From Enoplolaimus lenunculus (lineage: Eukaryota), in NCBI GenBank assembly GCA_030248215.1, contig JASANG010002792.1, positions 1 to 64,000 of the forward strand: a DNA stretch of 64,000 nucleotides. The letters run 5' to 3'. The notes beneath the pieces are model-generated. The model ran no database searches, was not told the DNA's origin, and was given only the letters and a program-made list of their open reading frames with translations. Position numbers and translations under genes: made by a program. Below, piece after piece: positions 20,601-34,084 of the stretch. The number at the start of each line of letters is the position of its first letter. The first letter of the stretch is position 1.

Positions 20601-23600
20601 AATTTTTACTCAAATTGTGTAGTCCTGACAAGCATGTATATTTCGGAGAGAGTCAATTTGACTAACCGTTTTTTGCAGTGTACTTTATGACCGTAGAAAA
20701 CTCAAACCTATTGGACAGGGCCAAAGACACTAAACGTCAATACCGATATTTTACTCACAATTGACAAACCAAATCCAGCTCTGTTTCAGCGGCTACTGGA
20801 ACGACGGCCATGTTACTTTAAGGGGTGTCCAGGTTTCTGGTGGGTCTATAAAACAGTAGATTTAGATTCTAGATTACATTTTTTGCTTAGGCTTAGGCTT
20901 TTAGGCGTAGTGCTTAGGCTTGGCCGGAACGACTGTGATGTTTAACTATTCTTCAGCAGCCAGGCACGTATGCAGGATTTTATTTCGAAAGGATATAATT
21001 TTATTGTTTCCACTAACAACAAGTCAGTTTTATTTGTAAGCCTGCAAACGTGCGTTTCTCTCGTCTCGACGGCGAATTTGGCCTACAGAGACGTATCACT
21101 TCCAATCACAATCCTTGTACTCGTTCCTGTTACGTTTTTCCATTACAGTACTCTCATATTCGATGCAGTTTATCTGCAATTGTTATCCAGTTTGCATTCA
21201 TAACGCACGCTGCGTTTACCGTCTGTGAAGCGTTCAATGCGCTATTCTACGCTGCTGATATGTCAAGTATGACCCACTTGGTTTCAAGAAAGGTTTACGT
21301 CGTTTTATGTTCAGGTGAGACCTCAACATGAGTACCACCGCAATATTTGGTTGCGGAATGCAAGTGTAACTTTTGAACACAACGTATTATAGAGTGACAG
21401 TTCAACGCCAAAGCCACGTTTTTGTGCTCATAAAATATCAACGAAATAACAGCTATAATGCAATAGATATTTTTAAGATTTTGGATGAATATTATTTAAA
21501 TTTCAAGAAAGACTTTCTGACCAGATGATATACATGTTACCCATGAACACATTTTGAAGGTCTTTAATATTTAAATGGACCAACGGTTCACAAATTATTG
21601 TCGAATAACTAATTTAGCTGTCCGCCAACCAGATGAGTTAGCGCTAAATCAGTCATTCGTCCATAACTTCTAAACCAATGTTTTAATGAAAAACTCTGTA
21701 CCATTCAGATCAGCAACGCAGGCTGCCACTAATGATATAAAAACTGTTTAACTTTAATGACAAATTTTTGTTCGGTACCAAGGAGACTGTGGCACCTGAA
21801 AAATCACACTTTCAAAAATTGAAACTTGATTGCGAAATGATCAGGGGAGGCTATGAAACGCTTAAATATACAAAACATTTCAAAATCAGACCATCGTTTA
21901 TTGGACGAACGAGGGCTTGGCGAAAATAATTTTTATTTTATATTTTGCAGGAATTGGGATAACGATAACAAGTTTAACAGCCGCGTTTTCATTTCACGAA
22001 TACAAATCTGACTTTTCGTAAGTTTGACAAAAGTTATTAAAATACAAAATCATATTTGAGAACATGGTTGTAGGTGGCTGTGCCACACTTAAACCTATTT
22101 CAAACTAAAAACTAAAACTAAAATAAAACCCTATATCAAAACCACACCTTAAGGGAGTCCCTGGCTCCACCTAGTCTCTCTTAGAACTTAAGTTAGGCTT
22201 AGGCGTTGCTACAAGGCGTAAAAATGGGTAAAACTATGCTATGGCGGCTGTGTCCGCAATGTAAACTTACCTGGGGCCCTGCGTGGCCATAGAATGGTAT
22301 TGATTAATGGTGCATATCGAGATGGCTATAATTGCGCTTAACGACATAGCTAGGCTATGTCAGCACCAAAATGGTGCTTTTATTATTGTGTGTCTCCGGC
22401 ATGGTTGTTGTTGTTGTTGTAGTACCGGTTGGGTGGCTCTCGACCTCGACCGCATTGCGGACACCCAATTGTGTGTGTCGGCAAAAATGCAAATGAGGTC
22501 GAGATGCCGATATGGGTAGCCAGGACCGGAATTAGTGTTATCTTCTTGGCGGTTGCAAACGGTTGATATTTTTGGGTGCATTACACGTGTTTTATTTATT
22601 GCTGTTACTGAGTTTTACGGTTGGATCGAGCAAGACTGGTGTAAGTAGGACTTAACGGATTTAAATTTAAGATTGTCACGGTGGCTTAACATGTGAAGGA
22701 AATCAGGCATTACGGATTTAATTGGTGTTGCGCAGGGCGCAGGATCTACCCAGTATTGAATACTGGTGTTATGTGCTAAAAGGGAACATGGGGTATTACC
22801 GGAGAACCTGGGAAAAGTAGTCTAGTAAATCTAACGGGGTTAGATTTATTATTCTACAACGGTTGGGCCAAATCTAACGGGGTTAGATTGGTCGGAAATT
22901 TGGTGTAACTCTAACGGGGTTAGAGTACACGGTTTAACGGGGTGTAATTCTAACGGGGTTAGAATTGCACGGATTCTGGAAAAACGGCAAAAGTATTTGG
23001 TACGGTAAAGCCAGTGGCTGGATTAAATCAGATTCAGACGTCGGCGTTAAGGATTCCGGCTCGGGTTACCAGTTAAATTACATAACCTGTGATTTGCTGG
23101 CCTTTAATTTGGGTATTTCGTGTCTTCCGGTTCGGGTACCAGTAAATTACATAACCTGTGATTTGCTGGCCGTAATTTTGGTTATTTTGTGTCCCACAGG
23201 TCGCGGGTACCAGTTAAATTACATAACCTGTGATTTGCTGGCCTTAAATTTGGGTATTTTGTGTGTCATACGGGTTGCGGGTTGGGATTTATAATAAACA
23301 TTTACCGGCCGCGTTTTACTAAATCAGAGCGAATAGCATACATCGAGAAAAGAACTATACAGGATACAGGCTTAAGTCTAAATCACGAACTTCTCACAAT
23401 GGTGTTTGCAATTTTTATGCATGACCAGTAATGCAGTGAACAACGTACCAAAAAGAGGTTCTTGGAACTAGAGACCACGGCAATCCGGGCCCATGTTACT
23501 ATAAAGGCCGTCCCAATTGCCCGGGACGCTAATAAACACGGAGTGCACACTTATGCGCTCCTGTTTACATATGCACAGGCAGATATATTTACGTAGGTAT

Positions 23601-26600
23601 ATAATATATATATATACACATATATACATATATAATATATGTGTGTATATATGTATATATGTATATATAATAAATACACATATATACATATATACACATA
23701 TATCTGTCCCGACTGTCCCATCTGTTTCGCTGTCCCAACTGTCCCAACTGTCCCAATTGTCCCATCTGTCCCAACTGTCCCAACTGTCCCAACTGTCGCA
23801 TCTGTCCCGCTGTCCCTTCTATTTCATCTGTCCCAACTGTCCCATCTGTCCCAAGTGTCCCATCTGTCCCAACTGTCCCAACTCTCCCATCTGTCCCATC
23901 TGTCCCGCTGTCCCAACTATCCCAACTGTCCCATCTATCCCAAGTGTTCCAAGTGTCCCATCTGTCCCATCTGTCCCGCTGTCCCAACTGTTCCATCTGC
24001 CCCATCTGTCTCGCTGTCCCAACTGTCCCATCTGTCCCAACTGTCCCATCTGTCCCTTCTGTCCCAAGTGTCCCAACTGTCAAATCTGTCCCAAGTGTCC
24101 CAACTGCCCCATCTGTCCCAAGTCTCCCAACTGTCCCATCTGTCCCAAGTGTCCCAACTGTCCCATCTGTCCCATCTGTCCCAACTGTCTCATCTGTCCC
24201 ATCTGTCCCAACTGTCTCATCTGTCCCATCTGTCCCAACTGTCCCATCTGTCCCAACTGTCCCAAGTGTCCCAAGTGTTCCATCTGTCCCAACTGTTCCA
24301 TCTGTCCCGCTGTCCCGGAGTGATGATTTCTTGCATACTCCCCATTACATGCTTAAGTCAAAGCCTAATTCTGTGACTATACGTAAACCTGTAATACTTT
24401 TGGCACCAAAATAAACGAGCAGCAGGTTCAGATTGTGAATAAAAATTATATATCGGCAAATTTTTGCCTTTTCTACACTTTCTCTTCCACAATAGATTTA
24501 GGCCTAAACCAAATCTTTAGCCTATATTTTTTGCCAAACAATCATAATTCCGAAACCTGTGGGGTAGTGGACAACAGCAAGGCGTTGTTTAGTAATTTTG
24601 CATCAATGATAAGATCCAATATTTTAATCGTTTTTTCACAATTTGCCTCAAACTGTGTAAATTTCAGGTGAAAACTTTATTAAGAGTGAAAAGTGAAAGA
24701 TTTTCCCTGGTTCGTCTGTGCGGTGAGTTTCGGACGAACCTACCCCAGTCACGGAACATCCTATTGGGCAACCGACTTGACAATTTTCCATCACAAGTCA
24801 ATTGTAGCGGAGGGTAGGCGACGCTCAAACTTTCCAACATACGCTTGCATAATAAAGCCAGACGCCTGTTGTAGATGCTGGATTAACTACGAATCACCTG
24901 TGATACGCAACAGTTGCATTGCACCAGTGGCAATACTATTCATATTCGCTGCAATAATTGCAGAATCTGCAACTACAATCAGTCGTCCGACAACTCTGCC
25001 GCTAGTACATCAAAAACGAAAAATAGCTGCGCTGTAAGTTGACAACTTTTGAAAAATTTTGCTATATACCATAGCGTTGTTTATCAAGAGGCTTAACCAG
25101 AGTTTCATTTCAGAAAGGTATAATTCTATCAAAACACAGATTCTACGATCGAGAAAGAGGAAATAGCCTAAACCTTTTATTCTAAAACTCGTTAAAATGA
25201 CCCTTTTTATTGGTCACCAACTGCTGGTTCTTTATAGCTATATATTTTACATATACTGCATACCTTGAATACATCCGTCTTGAAGAAACATTGTACCGTT
25301 GAAAGATTTAAACCTGAAAACACTGTTTACAATTATTTCATTACTTACTGCTTGCTTTTTTGTCTAAATGTTTAATTTTTATGCAGACCTAAAATATGAA
25401 ATTCAAAACAATGTACGCGAGTGATTTCGGTAAGCGTACCTCTCCAGAAATTAATGACACGAATTTTATAGCTTGAAATCAGATCTCATGAGAAATAGAA
25501 AATATTCATGTATCAAAAATGTTAATAATAAAATGAGAGATTACAAAACAAATTTTAGGTTGTCTGCAAACTCACTTATTGTTAAATTACTGTTGAACGG
25601 CATTTCATTTACGGTCGGTTCATTCGCCGCTTTCAGTCTCAACGCTGGACTTGTGAGTATTGTGTTCCCGATAAATATTGCCCTTGGATGGTATGTTTGG
25701 GCAACACACGCGTTATCAAACCAAACTGTAAGTGTATAATTCACGAACGCATCTTGATTAATAAAAATCAAACTTTGAAATAAAAGAACTAATCACTGTA
25801 AATTTACTGACCTGATTTTAATTCAGAATTAGTTAAAGCACTCAGTCTGATTTAGGACTATCTGAACTCATAATTCTTATTTGATTAAACTCATTCTGAT
25901 TTAAATAATCAACTCTCATAAAACCAACTAAACTTATAGTGAGTATAAACTAAACTCAGAGTGAGTTCACGTTTACGTTCGTTAATTTTGAAATTACTAA
26001 CTTTCCGGCTGAGTTGATTAATTAACTCATTGGAATTTGTATTGAAATTGAAGCAGAGCTGGTATTAAAAATTGACGTTTTACAGCAATAGACAGTTGAA
26101 AGGCTGTAAAAGTGTTTATTTTTCACATTTTTGCTGGATCAACCGGGTCTTGTGACTACACCAAGCCTTTGCCTTAATGGAATAGACATTGTTTTAAGCT
26201 TAACCATCTCACTAATAGAGTATACAATGAGCAACTAAATACAAAAATATACGAGCAACATAGACACTGTGATCAGTGTTTAACAATTGTAACATATATG
26301 CGCAGTGTAATATCTCCACAAGACGTGAGAGCCCCCTCGGACTGAGCGTCAAGCTCCATAGGTCAGTGGTCATCGTAAACGCCTCTCACCCGTGAGGTTG
26401 GGGCTCGAATCTTACCTTGAAATTACGTCTCATTTCAAATTGAAAATATTCATGTCAGAAAGGGTTAATGTTACGCACCATTAATTAGAAACTTTCGGTA
26501 GGATTAAAAGCTTATCGTTAGTGGTTACAGAATAATAGTACAATAGTTAAAATTAAATTAGGCATAAAAAATGACAACAATAGTCGATGATGTAAAATTT

Positions 26601-26762
26601 TAATATTTTGCCAATGTTTAAAAATTGTAGATTCTTAACACTTTTAACAAGATTGGCATAAAAATGAAAACAATGTGGTCGAAAATGCGAGCAATCAAAT
26701 CAAGCGATGCAGTTAATCCAACGGAAGACACTCAACAACACATTTCTATTGAAAAAACTTGA
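17694..26762 (+). CDS. Sushi/CCP-domain family-B (adhesion/secretin-like) 7TM receptor. Exons: 17694-17897, 18719-18738, 19688-19797, [TM2 exon unresolved], 21149-21314, 21951-22017, 24875-25033, 25559-25727, 26631-26762. The 5' end was not found; it may be a pseudogene.
   Basis: Phase-compatible GT-AG exons encode CCP (CRIPEIDNG..CKPGVQLNG..YC..PKC), TM1 (LNAVQKLGCTWLVIILSCCLVSFIILR), TM3 (RCSLSAIVIQFAFITHAAFTVCEAF), TM4, CWINY+TM5 (IAPVAILFIF), TM6-7 (NIALGWYVWATHALSNQT) and a tail with a stop. Confidence 0.8.
20467..20681. mobile_element. MITE with cactgcaaaaaatggtgagtcaaattgactct TIRs; copies at ~27753-27972 and a partial at ~3960-4082
   Basis: Inverted termini and internal tttgactc repeats shared among three loci. 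Confidence 0.8.
23467..24320 (-). mobile_element. Probable non-autonomous Helitron-like element containing a (TA)-rich tract and a 9-bp (CTGTCCCAW)n minisatellite; a related degenerate array lies inverted at ~34920-35287
   Basis: The minisatellite (23704-24317) is directly visible. On the minus strand the element ends in a GC-rich imperfect hairpin plus CTAG followed by T. Confidence 0.55.
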
Positions 26763-27427
26763 CTAAAGTTCATGAACTAAACGTCATCTGCATAAAAATC
26801 CCACAGCACAACCAGAGGCTTGAGTAGGTTTGCTTCCAGGTCACGGCTCTGGGTAAAAATCGCCATCTCAATCAGGTAGAATTGATTTCAAGTTTGCGCT
26901 ACGGTACATTTTGCCAACCGTCGGCTCTGGTTCTGGTATTTTTGACCTCTGGTTGAACCCTCTGACCATCGCTAACGTCTATCACACATATCGTATTTTA
27001 ATTGTAATTTTGTATAATTTCTGTGATTCAAAACACCGTTTAGATTGTGCAACAAAACTTATGGCATTTTATTAGATTATAGCTTAACGCGTGGAATCGT
27101 TTCAAATATAAAAAATGTATCAAAACGGTTTTCTTGTTTCAAACAACACGTTTTAACACTGTATATTTCCTGCGGAGAAACTCAAAAATGTGTCTTGCGT
27201 AGCAAAACGCTAAACTGAAAGCATTTTAGTATTTAATGGTTGAAAATCTGTTGAAAAAATACAAAACAGATTATATGAATAACATTTTTTAATTAATTTG
27301 TTTATTTTTTCTGTATTAAACACTGCTCGTTTATGACAACTCTATTAATTCTTTGCCAGTCTGACCTAATAGATATGAAATATTAATTCAATTTAATGGT
27401 TTTTGTTAATTAATAATACATAATTTG

Positions 27428-30400
27428 TCAGAAATTAGATGGTTTCAAACTGAAGCAAAACAGTACGACAAACACAATGGCGATGACCTGAAAAATAAAA
27501 TAAAATTCGCGTACAACTTAAACCTATCCCAAAAAAATAAGACAAAATTTGGTTCATTTTATGATTGAGGCACGCTGATTTTTTGAGTACAAAATGTTGT
27601 TATTAATAGGTACAAAACGTGTTCCGCGCTGCCCCAGTTTTATAATGTGAATTTAGTCAGCGTAAACACCAAATTTGTACGAACAAATTAGTTCTTTGTC
27701 CTATTTCACTTTGATTTTTTGTTTAATAAATGATTATTTGTATGTCGAAAGACACTGCTAAAAAAGGTGAGTCAAATTGACTCTCCCCGAAATAGACTCT
27801 TCCGGACTACACAAACTAAGTCAAATTAGACTCCACTAGAGTCAAATTTGACTCACTGAGCGACTCGTTGAGTTGAATTTGACTCTGAAGGAGTCGAATT
27901 TTGACTCAGTTTGTGTAGTCCGAAAAACCCTATTTCAGAGAGAGTCAATTTCACTCACCATTTTTTGCAGTGCAAACAAAAGCCAGAAACCAGTAACACC
28001 CAGAAAAATGCAGATATACATTTAATACTTATACCCCCCCCCCAGCTTAAATATTACCTCAAGCAACGTAACTGCAACCAGAATGCCCCCCGCTGATTTG
28101 GCTATATTTTGTAAACGGACTTTAAGCGCGGTTTCACATCCCTAAAAGTAATTAAGCCAATGTATGGAACAGGGCCGTAACAGTAGTATATATAACCATA
28201 TTCTTGAACCTAACCCTAAACCTAAGCCTAAGCCAAAAATTAATCTAAACCTAATAAGCTTACTCTATTTCAGTTCCGCAGAAAAACGGCCCTTGAATAC
28301 ATTGGCCAATAATTACAACTTATAAAAACGAAGAAATACTGAAATGAACAGTTGAAACTTTATATTCAGTCCAGTGGCCGGTACGCGCACGTTAGTGCTA
28401 CATTTGATTCATAAAATTAGGGTGTGCGCTCTATGGTTAAAAAATTTAATATCATCCTACACCGTCCCTGATCGTGTGGTATCGGACACAATTCACGTAT
28501 GACGCCGCACGGCAATGAACGTCGACGGATGGCACCGCAAGACAAGTACCGTGGCACCCTTACTCTTGCACAGTATTAAAAATTCAGCTGAGTAGAAATG
28601 AACTCCGATTCCGTTCGAAAAATTTTATAATGTTTGCGAATGAAACGTTTACCTAAAAGAGAAATAAAACAAATGCGTTGATAAAAGAAATTACATAGCT
28701 ACCACAAGCTCCTAAGTTCGGTTCGTTTATTGATTTAATTGTTGTCCTTGAACTCCACATCACTTTCCGAAAGCAGTCAGTCTTTCTAACCATTAATAAT
28801 TCGTTATCTTCCTGGAAATCTGAGAAACAGGTTCTGTTCAAATCATACCAGGATAGTCACTTATACACAAATCGTAAACATTTATAAATTTATTTAAGAC
28901 ATTACTTTTTTCGTCAATTCCAATTATTGCGCAAATATCACACTTTAAATACCTGTCCTACTGTTTCATTTTTGCAATTATTGAATGTATCATACATACG
29001 AACATCGCGGCATAAGTCGACATTTTGCGGATTTCCGTTCCAAAAACAACAAATTCCATCGTTGGACAGCTGATAGAACCATTCACAATCCTTCTGTTTG
29101 TCTTCGACGTGCCCTGGATCTTGAGAATTCAGGGTACGTTTGACATCCGACATTACATCGCTTACAATATTGGTAAACTAAAATGTAGATTTTACTGGGC
29201 ACTCGATGGGTCCCAACGCAGTAGATGGGGGTCCGAACCGGAGGGTAGCTCGCATTTGGGTGGCAGTTTCGTGAGTGTAAGGCCCATCTCCCAGTACCAA
29301 CCTTTCAGATTTGTGTTAAATTTTTACCCCCTTTTGAAATTTGAAATCAAGGAAGACTGCAGGAATCTAGCACAAATTGCAACAAACGGTTAGCCTTTTT
29401 AATAATTGTGTGAAATTTTTCATTTAAATTGAAATTTAAACCGATATCTAAGTGATAATAGGTACAATGTCCAATCCAGAAAGTCTTTTTATTTTTTAAT
29501 ATATTTGCATTTCATCCTATAGAAATATCTGAGCGTACGTTATGTTTCCCTTAAATTTTGTTTTGCTTTTTATGAAATACATTTACTACGAATTGTTCTG
29601 TTTTTCGTTTCGGCAATTTGTTTACGCTCTCATCTACAGTTCTGTACAGATTCAATAAAGACTTACATAATCACGCTGGGCAAGCAGTAAAGCTCCGATG
29701 CAAATTTGTCCAATGACCAAAATTGTCAAAATTGTAGAAAACTGGAAAACATATATTTAAATCCTAATTGAGCGAAGCGAAACTCCGAGCGAAGCTCGGA
29801 GTTTCGCGAAGCGTTTTATGTTTTGTACTTGGGGGTCGAAAGGTGGATGTCTGTCCGTCTGTCCGTCCGAAAAGAATCTCAAGAAGGGCTGAACCGATTT
29901 TGATAAACTTTTTTTTGTTTGAAAGCCAATTATCCTGGGGTGTTAACGTGGCATTGGGGTTTCAAAATTTGAAGCCGTTTAATAGCTACAGGCTAATTTG
30001 CATAATTAATTAAGCCTAAATTAGGACTTTCCACAATATTTCACTAATTATTACAGTTAGAAGCAATCTAATTTTAGCAAGAAAGGGTTTTGGGTGCGAG
30101 AAATCTGAGTAGACTGTTTACAAACCTCCAAAACGAATAATTGAGTCGTTAGCTAATAAATAATTTGCATATTTGCATAGTTTATAAGCCTAAATTAGGA
30201 CTTTTTACAATATTTCACTAATTATTATGGTTAAAAGCAATATAATTTCAGCACAAAAGGGTGTTTAGGTGCGAGAAATTTGAATAAATTGTTTACAAAC
30301 CTCCAAAACCGATAATTGAATAGTTCGCTAATATATAATTTGCATATTAGCTTAGTTGACAAGACAAAACTAGGACTTTTTAAATTATTTCAAGCAGAAT

Positions 30401-32707
30401 TGATAAGCCTAAATTAGGGTTTTTTACAATGTTTCACTAATTATTAGGGTTACAAGCAATCTAATTTGAGGAATAATAGGTTTTCGGGTGCGAGAAATCT
30501 GAATGAATAGTCTACAAACCTTTAAAAACGATTATCGAATAGTTAGCTAATAGATAATTTGCATATTTGCTTAATTGACGAGACAAAATTAGGAGTTTTT
30601 AAATTATTTCAATAATTCTTAGGGTGGCGAAGGGTTTTTGGGTGCGAGCAATCTGAGAAATTGCTTACAAACCTCCAAAACCGATAAATGAATAGTTAGC
30701 TAATAACTAATTTGCATATTTGCATAGTTTATAAGCCTAAATTAGGACTTTTTACAATATTTCACTAATTATTATGGTTAAAAGCAATATAATTTCAGCA
30801 CTAAAGGGTGTTTAGGTGCGAGAAATTTGAATAAATTGTTTACAAACCTCCAAAACCGATAATTGAATAGTTCGCTAATATATAATTTGCATATTAGCTT
30901 AGTTGACAAGACAAAACTAGGACTTTTTAAATTATTTCAAGCAGAATTGATAAGCCTAAATTAGGGTTTTTTACAATGTTTCACTAATTATTAGGGTTAC
31001 AAGCAATCTAATTTGAGCAATAATAGGTTTTCGGGTGCGAGAAATCTGAATCAATAGTCTACAAACCTTTAAAAACGATTATCGAATAGTTAGCTAATAG
31101 ATAATTTGCATATTTGCTTAATTGACGAGACAAAATTAGGAGTTTTTAAATTATTTCAATAATTCTTAGGGTGGCGAAGGGTTTTTGGGTGCGAGCAATC
31201 TGAGAAATTGCTTACAAACCTCCAAAACCGATAAATGAATAGTTAGCTAATAACTAATTTGCATACTACCTTAATTGCTTACGTGTGTTCGAGCTTCGCT
31301 CAATAAATGTAGTCCCACTACGACTGGTTTTAAGTATCAACATTAAGATATTTTTTAGCGTTGTATAGCTTTTATGCTGCTCATTGTTGCAGCTCTACGG
31401 CCAGGGCAAAGCCTTATGGCATGCATTACTTCTAAATAGCAAAATTGCAAAACTTGTATTAAAAGCATATAAAAAGTTCATAATCTCATGTGAAGATTAC
31501 CGAAAACTAATGCCTGTGGCTACATCTTTGAAGCGAACAAATAACTGTAGCGTAGTAAAAATATCTAATTCTCTGAGAGATCTATTAAATAGCAATTGAA
31601 AATAGTAAAATATTTATATTTCAACTCACCATACATAACAACACAGTATTTTCAGCAATAGCGCCGCAAACTCCTAAAAATCCAAGTAGAATTGTTAGCG
31701 CTCCGACAGCCATACCAGCGTATAAAATATAATCAATGACAACACGTTTCGAATGCTCTTCGGCAATGTTTGGATAATTATTGAGCGGATTATCAATGTA
31801 ACCAACCACGGACACAACCAAAATAATTACCCCTGATAACTGAAAAAACAATAGAACAAAATTCGCAAGATAAATTAATTTCTGCTCCGATATTTACCTG
31901 TTTTTACATAAGAACCGCTATTCTCAAATGTGTGTATAGCATCTATCAATCACCAGTTGACGATAAGTCTTGTAACTTTGGAACGAATGTATGGTGAGGT
32001 TCGAAATTTTGCACATTCTTCGCGTTTGATTGACCCTAGTGCCGTCCCAATTTTGAAATCTGCAATTGCAGATGTTCATCAGTTTGAAAAACTGTTGATA
32101 ACGGATGATAGGTGCTATACGCATTTGAGAATATGGGCCCTGATCTATAGTATACGAAGCTGTGCTGAATTTCAAACTTGTGGCATTTTTCGTAATTCCA
32201 GAAATAACTTCCTTATACACAGCACAGTTTCCTTTAATTTTGTTTATTGTGTGCTCACTAATTTTACTCGTTTCACTGTTATTCGGTGTGGAACGTCAGA
32301 GGTGATAACCTTGACTTCGGGCTTCATATTCTTACAGGTTCCGTTTGACAACATAAAAATGGTTTCTTTTTAAACGTTTTCCTAATTCCATTTGCGGAGG
32401 AATTAAAAAAGGCGGAACTTAAATTTTAACCAATTTTGGTGCAGAAATATCGCGTTGCAATAAATTTGAAACAGTAACCTAAATCGTAAAATATAGACGG
32501 TTATATACTTAGGCATATATACAATTTTAATCGTTTTTGTTAGCTTTGTTCAACTATGCACCCTGGATTACAAATATTCCTTTATGCAAAATAATGTGTA
32601 AAAACTTGCATCTGCAAAAACATATCAAAACTTACAAATGCTAAATAATTGAAGAAAAACACGAACGTTTTGAGCGTTTTGAGTCGGCTGCGGTGAGATT
32701 TTGACAT
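27428..32707 (-). CDS. Divergent tetraspanin. Exons: 32707-32636, 31839-31630, 29741-29667, 29177-28953, 28811-28653, 27487-27428.
   Basis: MSKSHRSRLKTLKTFVFFFNYLAF|LSGVIILVV..GALTILLGFLGVCGAIAENTVLLCM|FSTILTILVIGQI..; Cys-rich EC2 with CCF in place of CCG; last exon VIAIVFVVLFCFSLK. There is an in-frame TAG at 28653-28655. Confidence 0.85.
29767..31328 (+). mobile_element. Helentron-associated / DINE-1-like non-autonomous element with an internal tandem array; 5'-truncated copy at ~46011-46626
   Basis: Sub-terminal inverted repeats ttgagcgaagc / gcttcgctcaa, a GTCY microsatellite, a 3' hairpin gtagtcccactac and T-rich flanks. Internal ~135-bp units show a ~547-bp higher-order duplication. 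Confidence 0.75.
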
Positions 32708-33729
32708 TTTATGAAAAATAAATTACTTCGAATACGGTAAGATAGCAGATGGAAAAAAATTTCAGTTACTTTCCGTAATCCTTTTCGGCTCATACACTTT
32801 CCCGCATTTAAGATTAGGCTTAGGCTGAGGTTTGGGGTGCAGGCTTAGACATAAGTAAATGCTTAGGAAAATGTTTGAGCTTATTTTAAGGTAAGGTAAG
32901 CTCCTACAAAACAAATCTTCTTACCTAACAGACACTCGCTAGCGGATCCAGAGGGGGCGTAGGGTGGATACGCCCCCGTCAGAAATTTTTTTGTTAACAT
33001 GGTAAAGTCCCCCCTACCTTATAATTTTTTACAATCCGAAAATTTTTTGTAAAATACACATTTTTCCCCCACAAAATTTTTGCGATGAAATGGTAAGGCC
33101 CCCCTACTTTACAATTTTTCGACCTCAGAAAACTTTGGTGATAAAATGAATAGGTCCCTACGTTACAATTTTTTCGTTTCATAACATTTGCCAGTCCGCC
33201 GCCCCGTCTAAAATTTATGGATCCGCCTCTGCAGACACTTTCAAAAGGTTATATAGCTCATGTTGACTTTTAGGTGTGTTCGGTTTTCTTACAAGCCTGC
33301 AATAGTGTAGAATTAGGCTTTAGGCCAATTTTTTGCTTAGGCCGAAAAACTTTACGTTTATATGCCCACGCTTCTGTTACGCTTTTAAAAGCAAACATTG
33401 GCCAAAAGGTTAAAAGCGCAAAGTTGTGTATATTGTATATAAAGATAGACATATTGATTGCAAAACAATGTAAGTACTACGCATCACTGTAAGCACTAGA
33501 AGCCGACGGTATATGGGTGATACTGATAACGGTCCTTTATCATTGAGTTGCAAGAGAGCAGAGTGATTATAATATATTAGCTAAAACACGACTTCGCTGT
33601 TACTCGAGTACGCGAATATTGCACAATACGCTGTGTGAATTTTGTTGCTGGTCGTATACGCAGTACTAAATCTCAACAAGACGTGAGAGCTCCCTCGGGC
33701 GCGAGTGTCAAATTTCGGTAGCTGAGTGG

Positions 33730-34084
33730 CCCTGAGCAACCGGAATTCCGGTTCCGGTATGGAAACCAGTATTTTTCACTATCCGGTTCCGGTAAAAACG
33801 TTCTAACTTATTATTCTAAAATTGTATGAGCGTGGTATGGCCAAAATTTTCAATTTGTGTCATAGGTACTTTTTAATTGATCATATGTTTCCGGCTTACT
33901 GCATTTGTTTCAGGACTTTTGCATCCTAAATGGTGTGTTCACACCTTTGCGAGCGAAAAAATAGCGTTAAAAATGATTTTTTCGGTAACAAGAATTTATA
34001 GTTTTCCGGTTCCGACTCACGGTTCTGGTTCCGGTATTTTTTAACTTTCCGGTTCCGGTATTTTGTAATTCCGATTGCAACCTG
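33730..34084. mobile_element. hAT-like MITE (ttccggttccgg-rich) inserted into a tRNA-like repeat
   Basis: 8-bp duplication ctgagtgg at 33722-33729 / 34085-34092; same family as 41104-41481. Confidence 0.75.

Noticed and set aside
23517..24414. Cys-Pro-rich (CPICPNC) metallothionein-like and SQL/VPS repeat ORFs, also at 34856-35343
   Set aside because: All frames are open only because of a 9-bp minisatellite.
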